Source: Clostridia bacterium (GTDB lineage Bacteria; Bacillota; Clostridia; Christensenellales; CAG-1252). Taken from it: 64,000 nucleotides of DNA. Positions 36,601 through 45,700 of this stretch are shown in pieces. Position numbers and translations under genes: made by a program. The first letter of the stretch is position 1; each line of letters opens with the position of its first letter. Location: assembly GCA_024685775.1 (NCBI GenBank), contig JAIKVL010000007.1:15627-79626 (forward strand), written 5' to 3'. Below the pieces are notes generated by a model. The model saw only the letters and a program-made list of their open reading frames with translations, was not told where the DNA came from and searched no databases.

Positions 36601-38657
36601 CGAACGTTACTTCGTTGTACGCCCGCTTCGATAAGCTCTACACCGTTACTTTCCGCTATACGCGCGGCGGTAATCCCTATTTTGCGACCGTCGAATCGAC
36701 GTATATCGGCGGGTACACGCTTTTGCATCCGACCTATGATTCCGCCGTCGAATATTTCAGCGGCTGGTTCCTGGACGAAGATTTCGTGGACGAAGTAACG
36801 GAGATCCCCGAAGGTTTCGGCACGGATCTCGAACTTTACGGTGCGTTCGTCAGCGCGACTTCTCAGATCACTCTGACCTTCGTCGCGACGGGCGGGACGA
36901 TCTCGGGTGACAGCGTCGTCGAATGCCTGCCCGGCTATGATTCGTATCCGACCGCGACGCACCCGCACTTCGAATTCGGCGGCTGGTATCAAGACAGTAA
37001 CTGCACGATCCCCGCTTCGCCGCGCGCATTCAGGACGCAGACGCTTTACGCCTATTTCTACGAGGTAACGGCGGTCGATTCGATCTCGATCGATTTCCCC
37101 GAAGCGGAAGTCGTCCTCGGCGGAACGGCGACTCTTCCCTACACGCTGTATCCCTCTACGGTCACCGTCCGAGCCGTAACCTTCGAATCGAGTAATCCGA
37201 GCGTCTTGACCATCGACGAGAACGGCGTTATGACGGCGCACGCCGTCGGTTTCGCGACCGTTACCGTGACTTCGCTTTCGTCCTCCGGCGCGTCCGCGAG
37301 CCTTGAAATCGAAGTCTTTACCGAACCGAACACGATCTCCGCGGCGTACGACACCGATTCCTTCGTTATGGTCGGGAACACGATCACGCTCAGCGCGAAC
37401 GCGCACGTTCGCCGCGTCGACGATCCGACCCTGACTTGGACGAGTTTGGATCCCGCGATCGCGGCGGTTTCTTCGGACGGCGTCGTAACGGGCATTTCGG
37501 ACGGGTACGTCCTGATTCGTGTCAGCACGGAGGAAAAGCCGAGCTTACATTTCGACATCGGCGTAACGGTCTATGCGGCGGATAACCCGCTCCGCTCGAT
37601 CATCGAGTCTAACCACAGCGTCGTTGGAAGCGTAAAGAACCTCGGCATCGGAGCAGGCACTCCCGCGTATTACGTCGACTTGTACGAAAGCATCAACGGC
37701 GCACTTTTCAATAATACCTACGAGATCCTCCGCACCTACGAGACCAAGGCGAATAACAATACGCAAAACCACGGCGCGGCGAGATCCTCTACCGAATTCA
37801 TCACCGTCCACTATACGGGCAATATGGCGTCGAGCGCGGGTGCGAAGAACAATTCGAGCGCGCTTGCGAACTCCACGAGCGCGAGCATCCATTACGTCGT
37901 CGGTAACGATGGAATCTATCATAACCTGAACGACAGCAAGATCGCCTATCACGCAGGCGACGGATCGAGAACGGTTGCTTGGTCGGCTACGGGCGTGTAC
38001 GTTCAGGAAGGGGATCCCGAGTGTCCGGTTTGGGGCGTCTCCGGGACGAAGTTTACGATCAACGGCAGGACGACGACCGTTTCGCTTCCCTCCGACGTTC
38101 CTTCCGCGAAGAGGTCGGCGGCGTACTTCAACGATATGGGCTTTGGTTATAAGATCGTAAACGGGCAATACTATATGAACGCGACTTGGTGGTGTACCTC
38201 GCAAGTCTCGGCGGGTCGTATCGTTAACCACGGCGGTAACCGCAATTCGATCGGTATCGAGACCGCCGTCAATAAGGGCAGCGATCTCTGGCTGACTTGG
38301 CATTACACCGCGCAACTCGTCGCGAGACTGATGATTACCTACAATCTTCCGATCGAGCGCGTCGTCGGTCACCACTTCTTTACCGCGAAGGATTGCCCGC
38401 AACCGCTCCTTGAAAACGAGCTTGAACTTTGGTGGAGATTCATTGAGTGCGTCAAGACGGAATACGCGATCTTGACCGAGCTCGAAGGCGCAACCGTGTC
38501 GATGGCGCTCGTCGGCGAGTACGAGAACGTTACCGAGAACGGTCGCGTGACCGCGGGAACGAGTACGGACGAGTTTATTACCTACGACGTGACGGTGACG
38601 ACCGCGGGCGGCGTCTCCACGACGGTTCGACTGACTTCTCTTCTGAAAGCGGAATAA
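33663..38657 (+). CDS. 1664-aa lipoprotein: collagen-like stalk, BspA LRR, InlB-B repeats, Ig-like domains, C-terminal N-acetylmuramoyl-L-alanine amidase (Amidase_2)
   Basis: SD AAGGAG, lipobox LISC; G-X-Y and GKSAYELA repeats; LRR IGEKAFFGCENLASLSIP; FDLDGG...FAGW; Big_2 VTFESSNPSV; amidase ITVHYT, HAGD, SIGIE, GHH, KDCP. Confidence 0.88.
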   Translation: MKKVRFLFVLIFLFFCTAILISCGGITFFKNTNTKPEEKTLDFTTVYAMAEDAGYTGTMEELVALFKGDSAYQIAVANGYSGSELDWLASLSGAAGKDGKTPAIGANKHWYVGGVDTGICAEGKDGVSPTIEINADGYWVINGIATNKRAVGIAGEDGKDGVTPTIEINEEGYWVINGVVSNVKAAGEKGADGLMPEITINAEGYWVVNGVATDKKAVGTATGETIVPTIGDNHHWYIEGVDTGVLAEGVNGSNGADGANGKSAYELAVENGYVGTVQEWLASLVGAAGENGIDGTNGKDGKDGKDGVTPTIEINEQGYWVINGVVTNVKAAGVDGKDGKDGKDGKDGTNGINGSDGANGKSAYELAVENGYTGTVQEWLASLVGEAGVNGSNGANGADGKSAYEIARDHGYTGTEAQWLASLVGATGATGAAGQNGINGSNGADGKSAYELAVENGFNGSLSEWLDSLIGADGKDGQDGKDGTNGINGSNGANGKSAYELAVENGFNGSLTEWLASLVGATGAAGQNGKDGKDGKDGVDGTNGTDGADGKSAYEIACDHGYTGTVQEWLASLVGATGAAGQNGQNGTNGANGKSAYELALDHGYTGTEAQWLASLVGAAGQDGKDGKDGKDGVTPTVEINAQGYWVINGIQTAVKAVGTNGTNGTNGVNGQDGKDGKDGVSIVSVEWNENKELLITLSSGTVLNIGQIPAAEGDVLDYYPLDNGTWGVKAGKGYYLSSVVIPASYEGKAVTKILPSAFEGDRNLETISIPSSIVEIGEKAFFGCENLASLSIPASVTRIDDWAFRDCMGLESIEVAAGNSTFAVNEGKLINGLTNKLVACVVGSVYYSLVIDNYVGVGEEKTVSVISDYLTANDFTYSVSDERIISFLGNSYQGLKEGTVTIYVTFNGETETKEVTVKEVRYLSFDLDGGSAVDLPDRVYAGTTVDLPVGTKDGYQFAGWFVSSSFAGDPVTTLSDQNANVTSLYARFDKLYTVTFRYTRGGNPYFATVESTYIGGYTLLHPTYDSAVEYFSGWFLDEDFVDEVTEIPEGFGTDLELYGAFVSATSQITLTFVATGGTISGDSVVECLPGYDSYPTATHPHFEFGGWYQDSNCTIPASPRAFRTQTLYAYFYEVTAVDSISIDFPEAEVVLGGTATLPYTLYPSTVTVRAVTFESSNPSVLTIDENGVMTAHAVGFATVTVTSLSSSGASASLEIEVFTEPNTISAAYDTDSFVMVGNTITLSANAHVRRVDDPTLTWTSLDPAIAAVSSDGVVTGISDGYVLIRVSTEEKPSLHFDIGVTVYAADNPLRSIIESNHSVVGSVKNLGIGAGTPAYYVDLYESINGALFNNTYEILRTYETKANNNTQNHGAARSSTEFITVHYTGNMASSAGAKNNSSALANSTSASIHYVVGNDGIYHNLNDSKIAYHAGDGSRTVAWSATGVYVQEGDPECPVWGVSGTKFTINGRTTTVSLPSDVPSAKRSAAYFNDMGFGYKIVNGQYYMNATWWCTSQVSAGRIVNHGGNRNSIGIETAVNKGSDLWLTWHYTAQLVARLMITYNLPIERVVGHHFFTAKDCPQPLLENELELWWRFIECVKTEYAILTELEGATVSMALVGEYENVTENGRVTAGTSTDEFITYDVTVTTAGGVSTTVRLTSLLKAE
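33790..35720 (+). repeat. coding repeats: 8 G(K/D)SAY...WL.SL.G units and 7 P.I..N..W...G..T units interleaved with Gly-X-Y triplets
   Basis: Counted in the translation; imperfect DNA repeats in frame. Confidence 0.9.
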
Positions 38658-38738
38658 CCCTCGGAAACGCGCGGCGATCCGCCGCGCGCTACGATTTGAT
38701 TTTTTACTTTCGATATGCATCTCGGAAAGGAGAAACCT

Positions 38739-39497
38739 ATGAAAAGACGGATAACGATCTTTTTGATTGTCGCGACGGTTTTCGCTCTTGCGAGCGGGTT
38801 GTTTTCCTGCGACAAGAATAAAAGCGAACTCTCGGATCCCGAATTTCAAGCTCCTTCGCTCGTCGCGACCTACGGGCAGACGCTTTCCGACCTCGATCTT
38901 CCTGAAGGTTTCGTTTGGCAGGATCTCGAATCGACTTCGGTCGGAGAGATCGGAGAGCATACCTTCCTCGCTTCCTATCATCCGAAAGATCTCGCGAAGT
39001 ATAAGATCGTGAGCGGCGTCCGAATCCTCGTGACGGTCGAAAAACGCCCGACGGACGTAGAGCCGCCGGATCCGATCCTCGCCGTCTACGGCGATACCCT
39101 TCAAGATCTTGCGCTCCCCGAGGGCTTTTCTTGGCAAGAAGATCCGAGCACTTCGGTCGGAAGCGTCGGGGATGCCGTCTTTTACGCGACCTATACTCCC
39201 GAAGATCCCGCGCATAACGAGATCGTTCGCGATTTGGCGGTCACGGTTCTCGTGGGAAAAGCGACTTACGACCTGTCGGGCGTCGTCTTCGACAGTAAAG
39301 CGGTCGTCTACACGGGCGAACCGATCTTCCTCTCGATCCGCGGGACGCTTCCCGAAGGCGTGACGGTTTCTTATGAAAACAACGGGCAAACGGAAGTCGG
39401 CGCGTACGTCGTTAAAGCGGTTTTTAAGGGGGACGAGGCGAACTATAATGCGATCGAGGATTTGACGGCGAATTTGGTCATCACGCGCGGAGAATAA
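38739..39497 (+). CDS. lipoprotein with two Ig-like repeats and an MBG domain
   Basis: Lipobox LFSC; twice YGxTLxDLxLPEGFxWQ...SVG; YTGEPI...LPEGVTVSYENNGQTEVGAY...ANY. Confidence 0.8.
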   Translation: MKRRITIFLIVATVFALASGLFSCDKNKSELSDPEFQAPSLVATYGQTLSDLDLPEGFVWQDLESTSVGEIGEHTFLASYHPKDLAKYKIVSGVRILVTVEKRPTDVEPPDPILAVYGDTLQDLALPEGFSWQEDPSTSVGSVGDAVFYATYTPEDPAHNEIVRDLAVTVLVGKATYDLSGVVFDSKAVVYTGEPIFLSIRGTLPEGVTVSYENNGQTEVGAYVVKAVFKGDEANYNAIEDLTANLVITRGE

Positions 39498-39556
39498 GAG
39501 GAAAGAGCGGTTTATCTTCCGTCGAGTTCCGCGTCGCTTCGCCGAATCACGAGAAT

Positions 39557-39598
39557 AAAAAAGGGTTTTACCGAAAGAAAGGTAAAGCCCTTTTTTTT
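39557..39598. terminator. bidirectional terminator between convergent surface-protein genes
   Basis: AAAAAAGGGTTTTACC-gaaagaaa-GGTAAAGCCCTTTTTT. Confidence 0.85.
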
Positions 39599-39707
39599 GT
39601 ATTCGTTCATCGCGCGGATCTCCGCAAGCCCGTTTTCGCGCTTCGTTTACGCGATCCGAAGATCGGATGCGCGGCGCTAGCGAAGCGGGGCAGGTCGCAT
39701 CCTCGCT

Positions 39708-42700
39708 TTATTTGACGATGAGGATGATGAAGCGATGCCCCGTCGCGCTTCCGTAGGTCAGCGTCTCGCGGATGAAGTAGACCCTGCCGCTGTAACCCGC
39801 GCTATTCAGCGAGGAAGAGACTTTGCTCGAAGCGGTGTCCAAAGAGGCGCAATAGGATGATTCGATAAAGAAATCGAAGGTGAACGTCACCGTGGACGCG
39901 CTTTGAATTTGCGGCAAAACGACCGCGATCAGGTCGCCGAATTCGGCGTCGCTCGAAATTACGAGGTCGTTGGAAGAGGACGCGGGCGCCGTCCCGTAAT
40001 GGACGAACGAGAAGGGATTGGATTGCGTGATCGCCGCGCAACTCGATTCCGCATAGTTATCGGCGGTATAGCCGAGAGGATCGGTCTTCGTCGCGTCGCT
40101 GATCAGGAAGCTTTCGAGGTTCAGGATCTCGCAATTAGAAGAATCGGTCGGGATCACCGATTCGAGGTTTGCGTGCGTCGTGTCCAAAACGAACCATTTC
40201 TTAACGCCGCTTCCGTCGTCAATCCAAACGCGGTTCCAAGCGTGTTCGTCTCCGATGACGCGGATGCATTTGATGTCTTCGAGACCCGCGAGGATCGAAA
40301 CGGCTTTTGCGATGCCGTCGCAGATCGCTTTCTTATAGATAAAGACGCCTTCGACAGACCACGCCGTGCAATGCGCCCATTCGAAAGAAGCTTGATCCGA
40401 AGCGTCGGAAGCCCCGTAATCGTAGCCGACTTCCTCGACCATCCATTGCAGGATCGCATACAACTTTTGAACGTCGGTCATTTGATCGGTTATGATCGAG
40501 CGATTGATCTCTTTCGCGATATTCAGCATCGCTTCCGCGGCGGATCCCGAAACGGGGATGGGTTTATAGCCGTGGGAGAAGGCGTAAAAGAGTTGATCCG
40601 AGGTCGTTACCGAGACCGTGTTCGAACGGGATAGATAGGGGAAATCGTTAAACGAGCCGCTTCTCGCCGCTCCGACGGGGGCGATCCTCAAAAAGTCTTG
40701 TTGCGGGTAAATACGGGAATCGTAATCGTCGGGAGTTATGGTGTTTACTTTGCTGAACGAGAAGTCGGCGTTGTCGGCGCAGTTTACGCGGAAATAGCGG
40801 ATCGTCGAGCCCGAAGTCATCGTGTAAAAATTCGGTACCCACGTCTGCGCGGTCATAAGCGCCATTGCGGATTCCAAGATCGATGAATAGTTCGAAGTCG
40901 TCGCGCCGGGATAGGAGAAGTATTTGTTCGTCGTGATCATATTGAAGACCATATAATCGAGGAACATCGCGAGTTCTTTTATAGATCCGATCTCGATCAA
41001 GGTCGAGGAATTGTTGCCGCGCGAAGAGAATTCCGTGGTGTAATCCAAGAGTTCGTCTCGCTGGCAGGCTTTGCAGGTATAGGCTTCGTAGACGTGGCTT
41101 CCGAGCGCGCCGCCCGCCGAAGAGGAGAACGCGTCGCTGCAACGGGAACAAGCGTAATTATCCTGCGCATATTCGATGCAGGTCGCGGGAGTCGTGCTCG
41201 TCAAGACGTAATCGTGACCGAGCGCGGGAGTCGCCGCATAGGTCGAATAATCGCAGAGCGAGCAGGTCTGATAAGCGGCGTAGCCCGGAGACGTGCAAGT
41301 GGCGGGTTGCGCGCTATGCGAGACCAGCTGATGCGGGGAGGTCGGGCAGGAGGAGATGGCGAGATCTCCCGTCTGGTTACTTCCGTTGTTGCTGAAAATA
41401 ATCTGCGTCGCTCTCTTGTCCACGTCGATGAAATACCACCCCGTGTGGGTCGAGTCCGCGGTCATCGCCGTTCCCGGCCAGCCGCCGAGATAAGGCGTGT
41501 TTCCGTCTCCCCAAGCATAGGCGTAAACCGAGCCCCATCCGTTTTCGTTATGATAATAGACCGTATTGGTCGTGGATTCCGCGGGGTAATCCGCCGTCCA
41601 AACTCCGTCCTTATAATAGGGCGAGGAGAAGGAGATCGTCAGATCGTCCGTTTGCTGGCTTTGGTTTGAACCGTTCGAGAAGATGATCTTTTCGGCTTTG
41701 GTGTTGACCGAGACGGAGAACCAATTTTCGTGCTCGCCGACCGCGGTCATCGCCGTTCCCGCCCAGTCGCCGAGATATTTGGTCTCGTTTCCCGAAGTCC
41801 CGCTCCAAGCATAGGCTTTGACCGAATTCCAACCGTTCGAGTTATAGTAGTAGATCGTCTCGAAAGTGTCGACGCCCGCGGGCGCGCTCATCGAAGCAAC
41901 GCTGAGTATGCGAGAGCTTCCGATCGACGACGGGGTAAACGCCGCGGACTCTTGCAGGACGGTCGAGACGTTCGTCTCGTCGCAGCGCAGGAGCTTGAAG
42001 GACGAGACCGTCTTCGAGAGATTGCGGACGCTATCCCAGTTTATGGTATACGTGCGACCGTCCGTCTCCGTCTTGACGAAAGCACCCGCATCCGTCGTTA
42101 CGGACGAAGAATCGGTATAGTCGATCGCAAGCCTAAGGACCGAGCCGCTTTCCGTATAGCCGCCCCAAAGGATCTTGAAGGTCAGCGCGTAATACGGAGT
42201 GCGTTCGTTCGCGGAGATCTCCGTAAGATCGCTTTCCGACAAGGTCAGTTTATGCGTAAAGCCCAAGGGCAGGCTCGACGTCTTGTTGAACATATACGTT
42301 CCCGCGGCGTTCATTCGGACGATGACGACCGAGGAGACCGCTTTTTGAGCGTCCGTCGAGTAGGTGTAGGTGTTCGCCTTGGTGCGGGTCATTGCCGCGC
42401 CGGGGTAGGGGGCGTTCGTCGAATTATCCGAATAGGTGACGAAGATATTCGCGCGGCAGTTATCCGCTTCGAACCAAGTCACCGCCGAGGTGTCGAGCGT
42501 CAAAGCTCCCGTCCAAGCGTCCATCGAGGGGATCGAGATGGTGCGCGTCGTGCCGATGCTGTCGCGGTCGGTAGACTCGTTCCAGACGATATCGTTATTC
42601 GCAGGGTCGCAGCGCAGAAGTTTGAACTTGGAAACGGTCTTGTTCGGGTCAAGGGTCGCGTTCCAATCGATCGTGTAGGTCTCGCTGTCCGTTTCGGTCT

Positions 42701-45700
42701 TTACGAGCGCGGAAGCGGGTGTCGTAACTTCCGTTCCGTCGGTATACAGAATGTTGACGCGCGGGACGGCGCCGTTATCGGCAAAATTCGCCCAAGTGAT
42801 CTTGAAGGTCAAAGCATAGTAGGGCGTGCGTTTCGTCGAAGCGATGTCGGAGAGCGCGCTTGAAGCAAGGGCGATCGTGTGATTCGCGGGGATATTCGCC
42901 GCCGCGATCGCCGCCGTCTGGTTATACATATAGGTGCCCGCGTTATTCATACGGACGATCTGCACGGAAGAGATCGTCTTCGTCAGATCCGTTTGGACGG
43001 TATAGACGTTCGCCGCGGCGCGGGTCATCGCCGCGCCGGGGTAGGGAGCGTTCGTCGATTCGTCCGAATAAGTAATAACGATATGCGCGCGGCAATCATT
43101 GTCTTCGAACCAAGTCACCGCGGACGTGTTGACGGTCAGCAATCCTTCCCAAGGATAATCTTCCGTCCAAGCGCCGTTTTTATAGTAAGGAGTCGAGAAA
43201 TCAAGGGTCAGATCGTTCGTCTTGTTATTCTGATTCGAACCGTTCGAGAAGATGACGTTTACGGCTTTGGTGTTGACCGAGACGGAGAACCATTTCTCGT
43301 GTCCGCTGACTGCGGTCATCGCCGTTCCGGGGAAGGCTTCGAGGTAATTTACCGTGTTTGCGCCCGATCCGCTCCAAGCGTAGGCTTTGACGGAAGGCCA
43401 ATTGTTTTCGTTATAGTAGTAGATCGTCTCGAAGGTGTCGGGAACGACGGTCGAGGTCATCGAAGAAACGGCGATGACGCGCGACGCGCCGATATCGCTC
43501 GGCGTAAAGGAGTCGGATTCGTGGAGGACCGTGTCGGGAGCGGACGAACTGCAACGGAGAAGTTTGAAGGAAGAGATCGTCTTATTCGCGTCGATCGCAT
43601 TATTCCAGTGGATCGTGTAGACGTTCGCGTCGGCTTCGGTCTTTACGAGGGATCCCGCGGCGGTCGTTACGGACGAGCTGTCTCCGTAAAGGATCTGCAC
43701 GCGGAGGACCGAGCCGCTTTGGACGTACTCGCTCCAAGTGACGTTGAAGGTCAAGGCGCAAGACGGAGTGCGTTCGTTCGTGGGGATCTCCGTAAGGTCG
43801 GTTTCCGCGAGGACGTATTTATGAGAGAATCGATAAGGCAGGTTCGAGGTCTTATTATAGAGATAGGTTCCCGCGTTGTTCGTGCGGATGAACGCGATCG
43901 AGGAGACCGCCTTCGCGGGATCCGTCGAGTAGGAGTATGTATTTGCGGAAGATCTCGTCATCGCTTCGCCTGGGTAAGCGGCGTTCGTCGTGTTGTCCGA
44001 ATAGGTGACGAAGATATGTGCGCGGCAGTTATCCGTCTCGAACCAAGACACGGAGGAAGTATTCAGCGTTAGGGCGCCCGTCCAAGCGCTCATCGAAGAG
44101 ACGGTAGTTATGCGCGACTCGGGAAGATTGCGTTCGGACGATTCGTTCCAAACGATATCGTTGTTCGTCGGGTCGCAGCGCAGGAGCTTTACTTTGGAGA
44201 CCGTCTTGTTCGGATCGACGATCGCGTCAAAGTTCATCGTGTAGGTCTCGCTGCTCGTTTCGGTCTTGGAGAGAGCGGAAGCGGGCGTCGTGAGCTCCGT
44301 TCCGTCGGTGTATTGAATATTGACGCGTGGGACGGCGCCGTCTGCGGAGAACGTCTGATCCCAAGTTACCTTGAAGGTCAAAGCATAGTAGGGCGTGCGG
44401 TTCGACGTCGAAATGTTGGAGAGCGCGTTCGAAGCGAGCGTGATCGTGTGATCCGCGGGGATGTTCGCCGCCGCGATCGCCGTCTGGTTGTACATATAGG
44501 TGCCCGCGTTGTTCATTCGGACGATCTGCACGGAAGAGATCGTCTTGGTTTCGTCCGTGAGATAGGTGTAAACGCCCGCGGAGACTCTCGTCATCGCCGC
44601 GCCGGGGTAGGGAGCGTTCGTCGATTCGTCCGAATAGGTGACGGTGATAAAGGCGCGGCAGTCGTCGTCTTCAAACCAGGTGATTTGGGAAGTATTTACC
44701 GTGAGCGTTCCGTCCCACGGGAAGTCCGCCGTCCAAACGCCGTACTTATAGTAAGGCGTGGCGAAATCGAGGGTCAGATCGCTCGTCTTGTCGGTTTGAT
44801 CCGAGCCGTTCGAGAAGATAATGCTTTCGGCTTTGGTGTTGACCGAAGCGGAGAACCAACCGCTATGCCCGCTGACGGCGGTCATCGCCGTTCCGGGGAA
44901 GGCTTCGAGGTAATCTACCGTGCTTGCGTCCGATCCGCTCCAAGCGTAGGCTTTGACGGTCGACCAACCGTTCGAGTTATAATAGTAAATCGTCTCGAAC
45001 GTGTCGGGGATGACGGGTTCCGCCATCGAATCGACGGTAATGCGGCGCGAGGACGTGATATTCGCCGTCGTAAAGGATGAAGATTCTTGCAAGACGGTAT
45101 CGGGATCCGTCGCGTCGCAGCGCAGAAGTTTGAAGGACGAGATCGTCTTGTTCGCGTCGATCGCGTTATTCCAATGGATCGTGTAAGTATTCGAGTCGGC
45201 TTCGGTCTTTACGAGCGCGTTTGCGGCGGTCGTCACGGAAGTTTCGTCCGAATAGAAGATTCTGACTCGGAGGACGGAACCGCTCTCGGAGTACTCGCTC
45301 CAAGTGACGTTAAAGGTCAAGGCGTAATAGGGCGTGCGGTTGCTTGCCGCCATATCGTTGAATTTGCTTGATGTCAGGCTCAACGTGTGCGTTTCGGGGA
45401 TCGAGGTGATGTTGCCCGTCTTGTGGTACATATAGGTGCCCGCATTGTTCATTTGAACGACGACGACTTTGGAAATCGTCTTCGCGGTGTCGGTTTGGAC
45501 GGTGTAAACGCCCGCCGCCGTCCTTGTCATCGCGACCCCGGGGTAGAGGGCGTTCGTCGAATCGTCCGAATAGGTGACGGTGATAAAGGCGCGGCAGTCG
45601 TCGTCTTCGAACCAAGTGATCTTGGTAAGGTCGACGGTAAAGACGCCGTCCCACGGGAGATCCGCCGTCCAAACGCCGTTCTTATGGTAAGGCGTCGTGA

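Noticed and set aside
38668-39687. GC-rich palindromes at 38668-38688 and 39639-39687 as a REP family
   Set aside because: They share no common sequence and are explained as 3' stem-loops in a CG-rich genome.
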